From Callorhinchus milii (taxonomy: Eukaryota): a DNA stretch of 64,000 nucleotides. This document shows positions 63,541-64,000 of the stretch, piece by piece; positions within the stretch are counted from its first letter, which is position 1, and each line of letters begins with the position of its first letter. The stretch lies in contig NW_024704742.1 in the NCBI RefSeq assembly GCF_018977255.1, positions 62,746,001-62,810,000 of the forward strand, given 5' to 3'. The notes beneath the pieces are model-generated. The model ran no database searches and had not been told where the DNA came from. It saw only the letters and a program-made list of their open reading frames with translations. The position numbers were made by a program, and so were the translations under genes.

Positions 63541-64000
63541 CAACCTTCCATATATGTACTTACCTCCTTTACAATTCCCAGCGCCCACCATACTTTGAAC
63601 AGAAGAAAACAAAGCTACCTTCGGAAGACCACAAGAATGGTTTAGATGAAGAAGATCCTTTGGCCCATCTTATTTCATCCTTCCATAACACCATAACTGT
63701 TACCTCCATTATAGCATCGAGCTGCTTTTAAAATGAGTCCAGTGTCCTGGCCACAAACACCATTCCTGGTGGTATCCTGGACTGACAAACCCTTCATTTT
63801 TGGGGTAGGAGCATTCTTAATGCAATCCAATTTGAGAGAGTGAAAAGGTCACATAATTTGGTCAAAAGAAAATGTAAACAAACGTTTTCCTTTGGTATTT
63901 AAGCAAAATAAATGAATGAGTTGTTAATACATGCAATGGAAAGTTTAATATCATATCTTAGAAGTAACCTGTACTTTCTATTCATAAATCAATTATGTTT

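Noticed and set aside
1..64000. CRISPR array or prokaryotic/viral operon
   Set aside because: No regularly spaced repeats or gene-dense tracts; the recurring motifs are dispersed SINE and LINE tails.

Overview
Eukaryotic, repeat-rich DNA. The repeat content suggests a vertebrate, most likely a cartilaginous fish; this is inferred from abundant L2 and CR1 LINEs, a Deu-domain tRNA-SINE and a second tRNA-SINE. No intact protein-coding gene, rRNA, true tRNA or CRISPR array is visible. Most listed ORFs are LINE reverse-transcriptase fragments or their antisense shadows. The main non-repeat signal is a large multi-exon gene relic on the minus strand (about 15.3-59.7 kb). It has canonical GT-AG splice sites and phase-compatible exon junctions but many in-frame stops, some frameshifts and transposons inside exons. 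I could not identify the protein. Other notable structure: nested retroposon insertions with recoverable junctions, a 39-bp fold-back at a SINE insertion, an inverted pair of young CR1 copies bracketing two exons, an unclassified TTAA-bounded repeat, and a strong CTCF-like motif. Repeat boundaries are read by eye and are approximate unless a junction is quoted.
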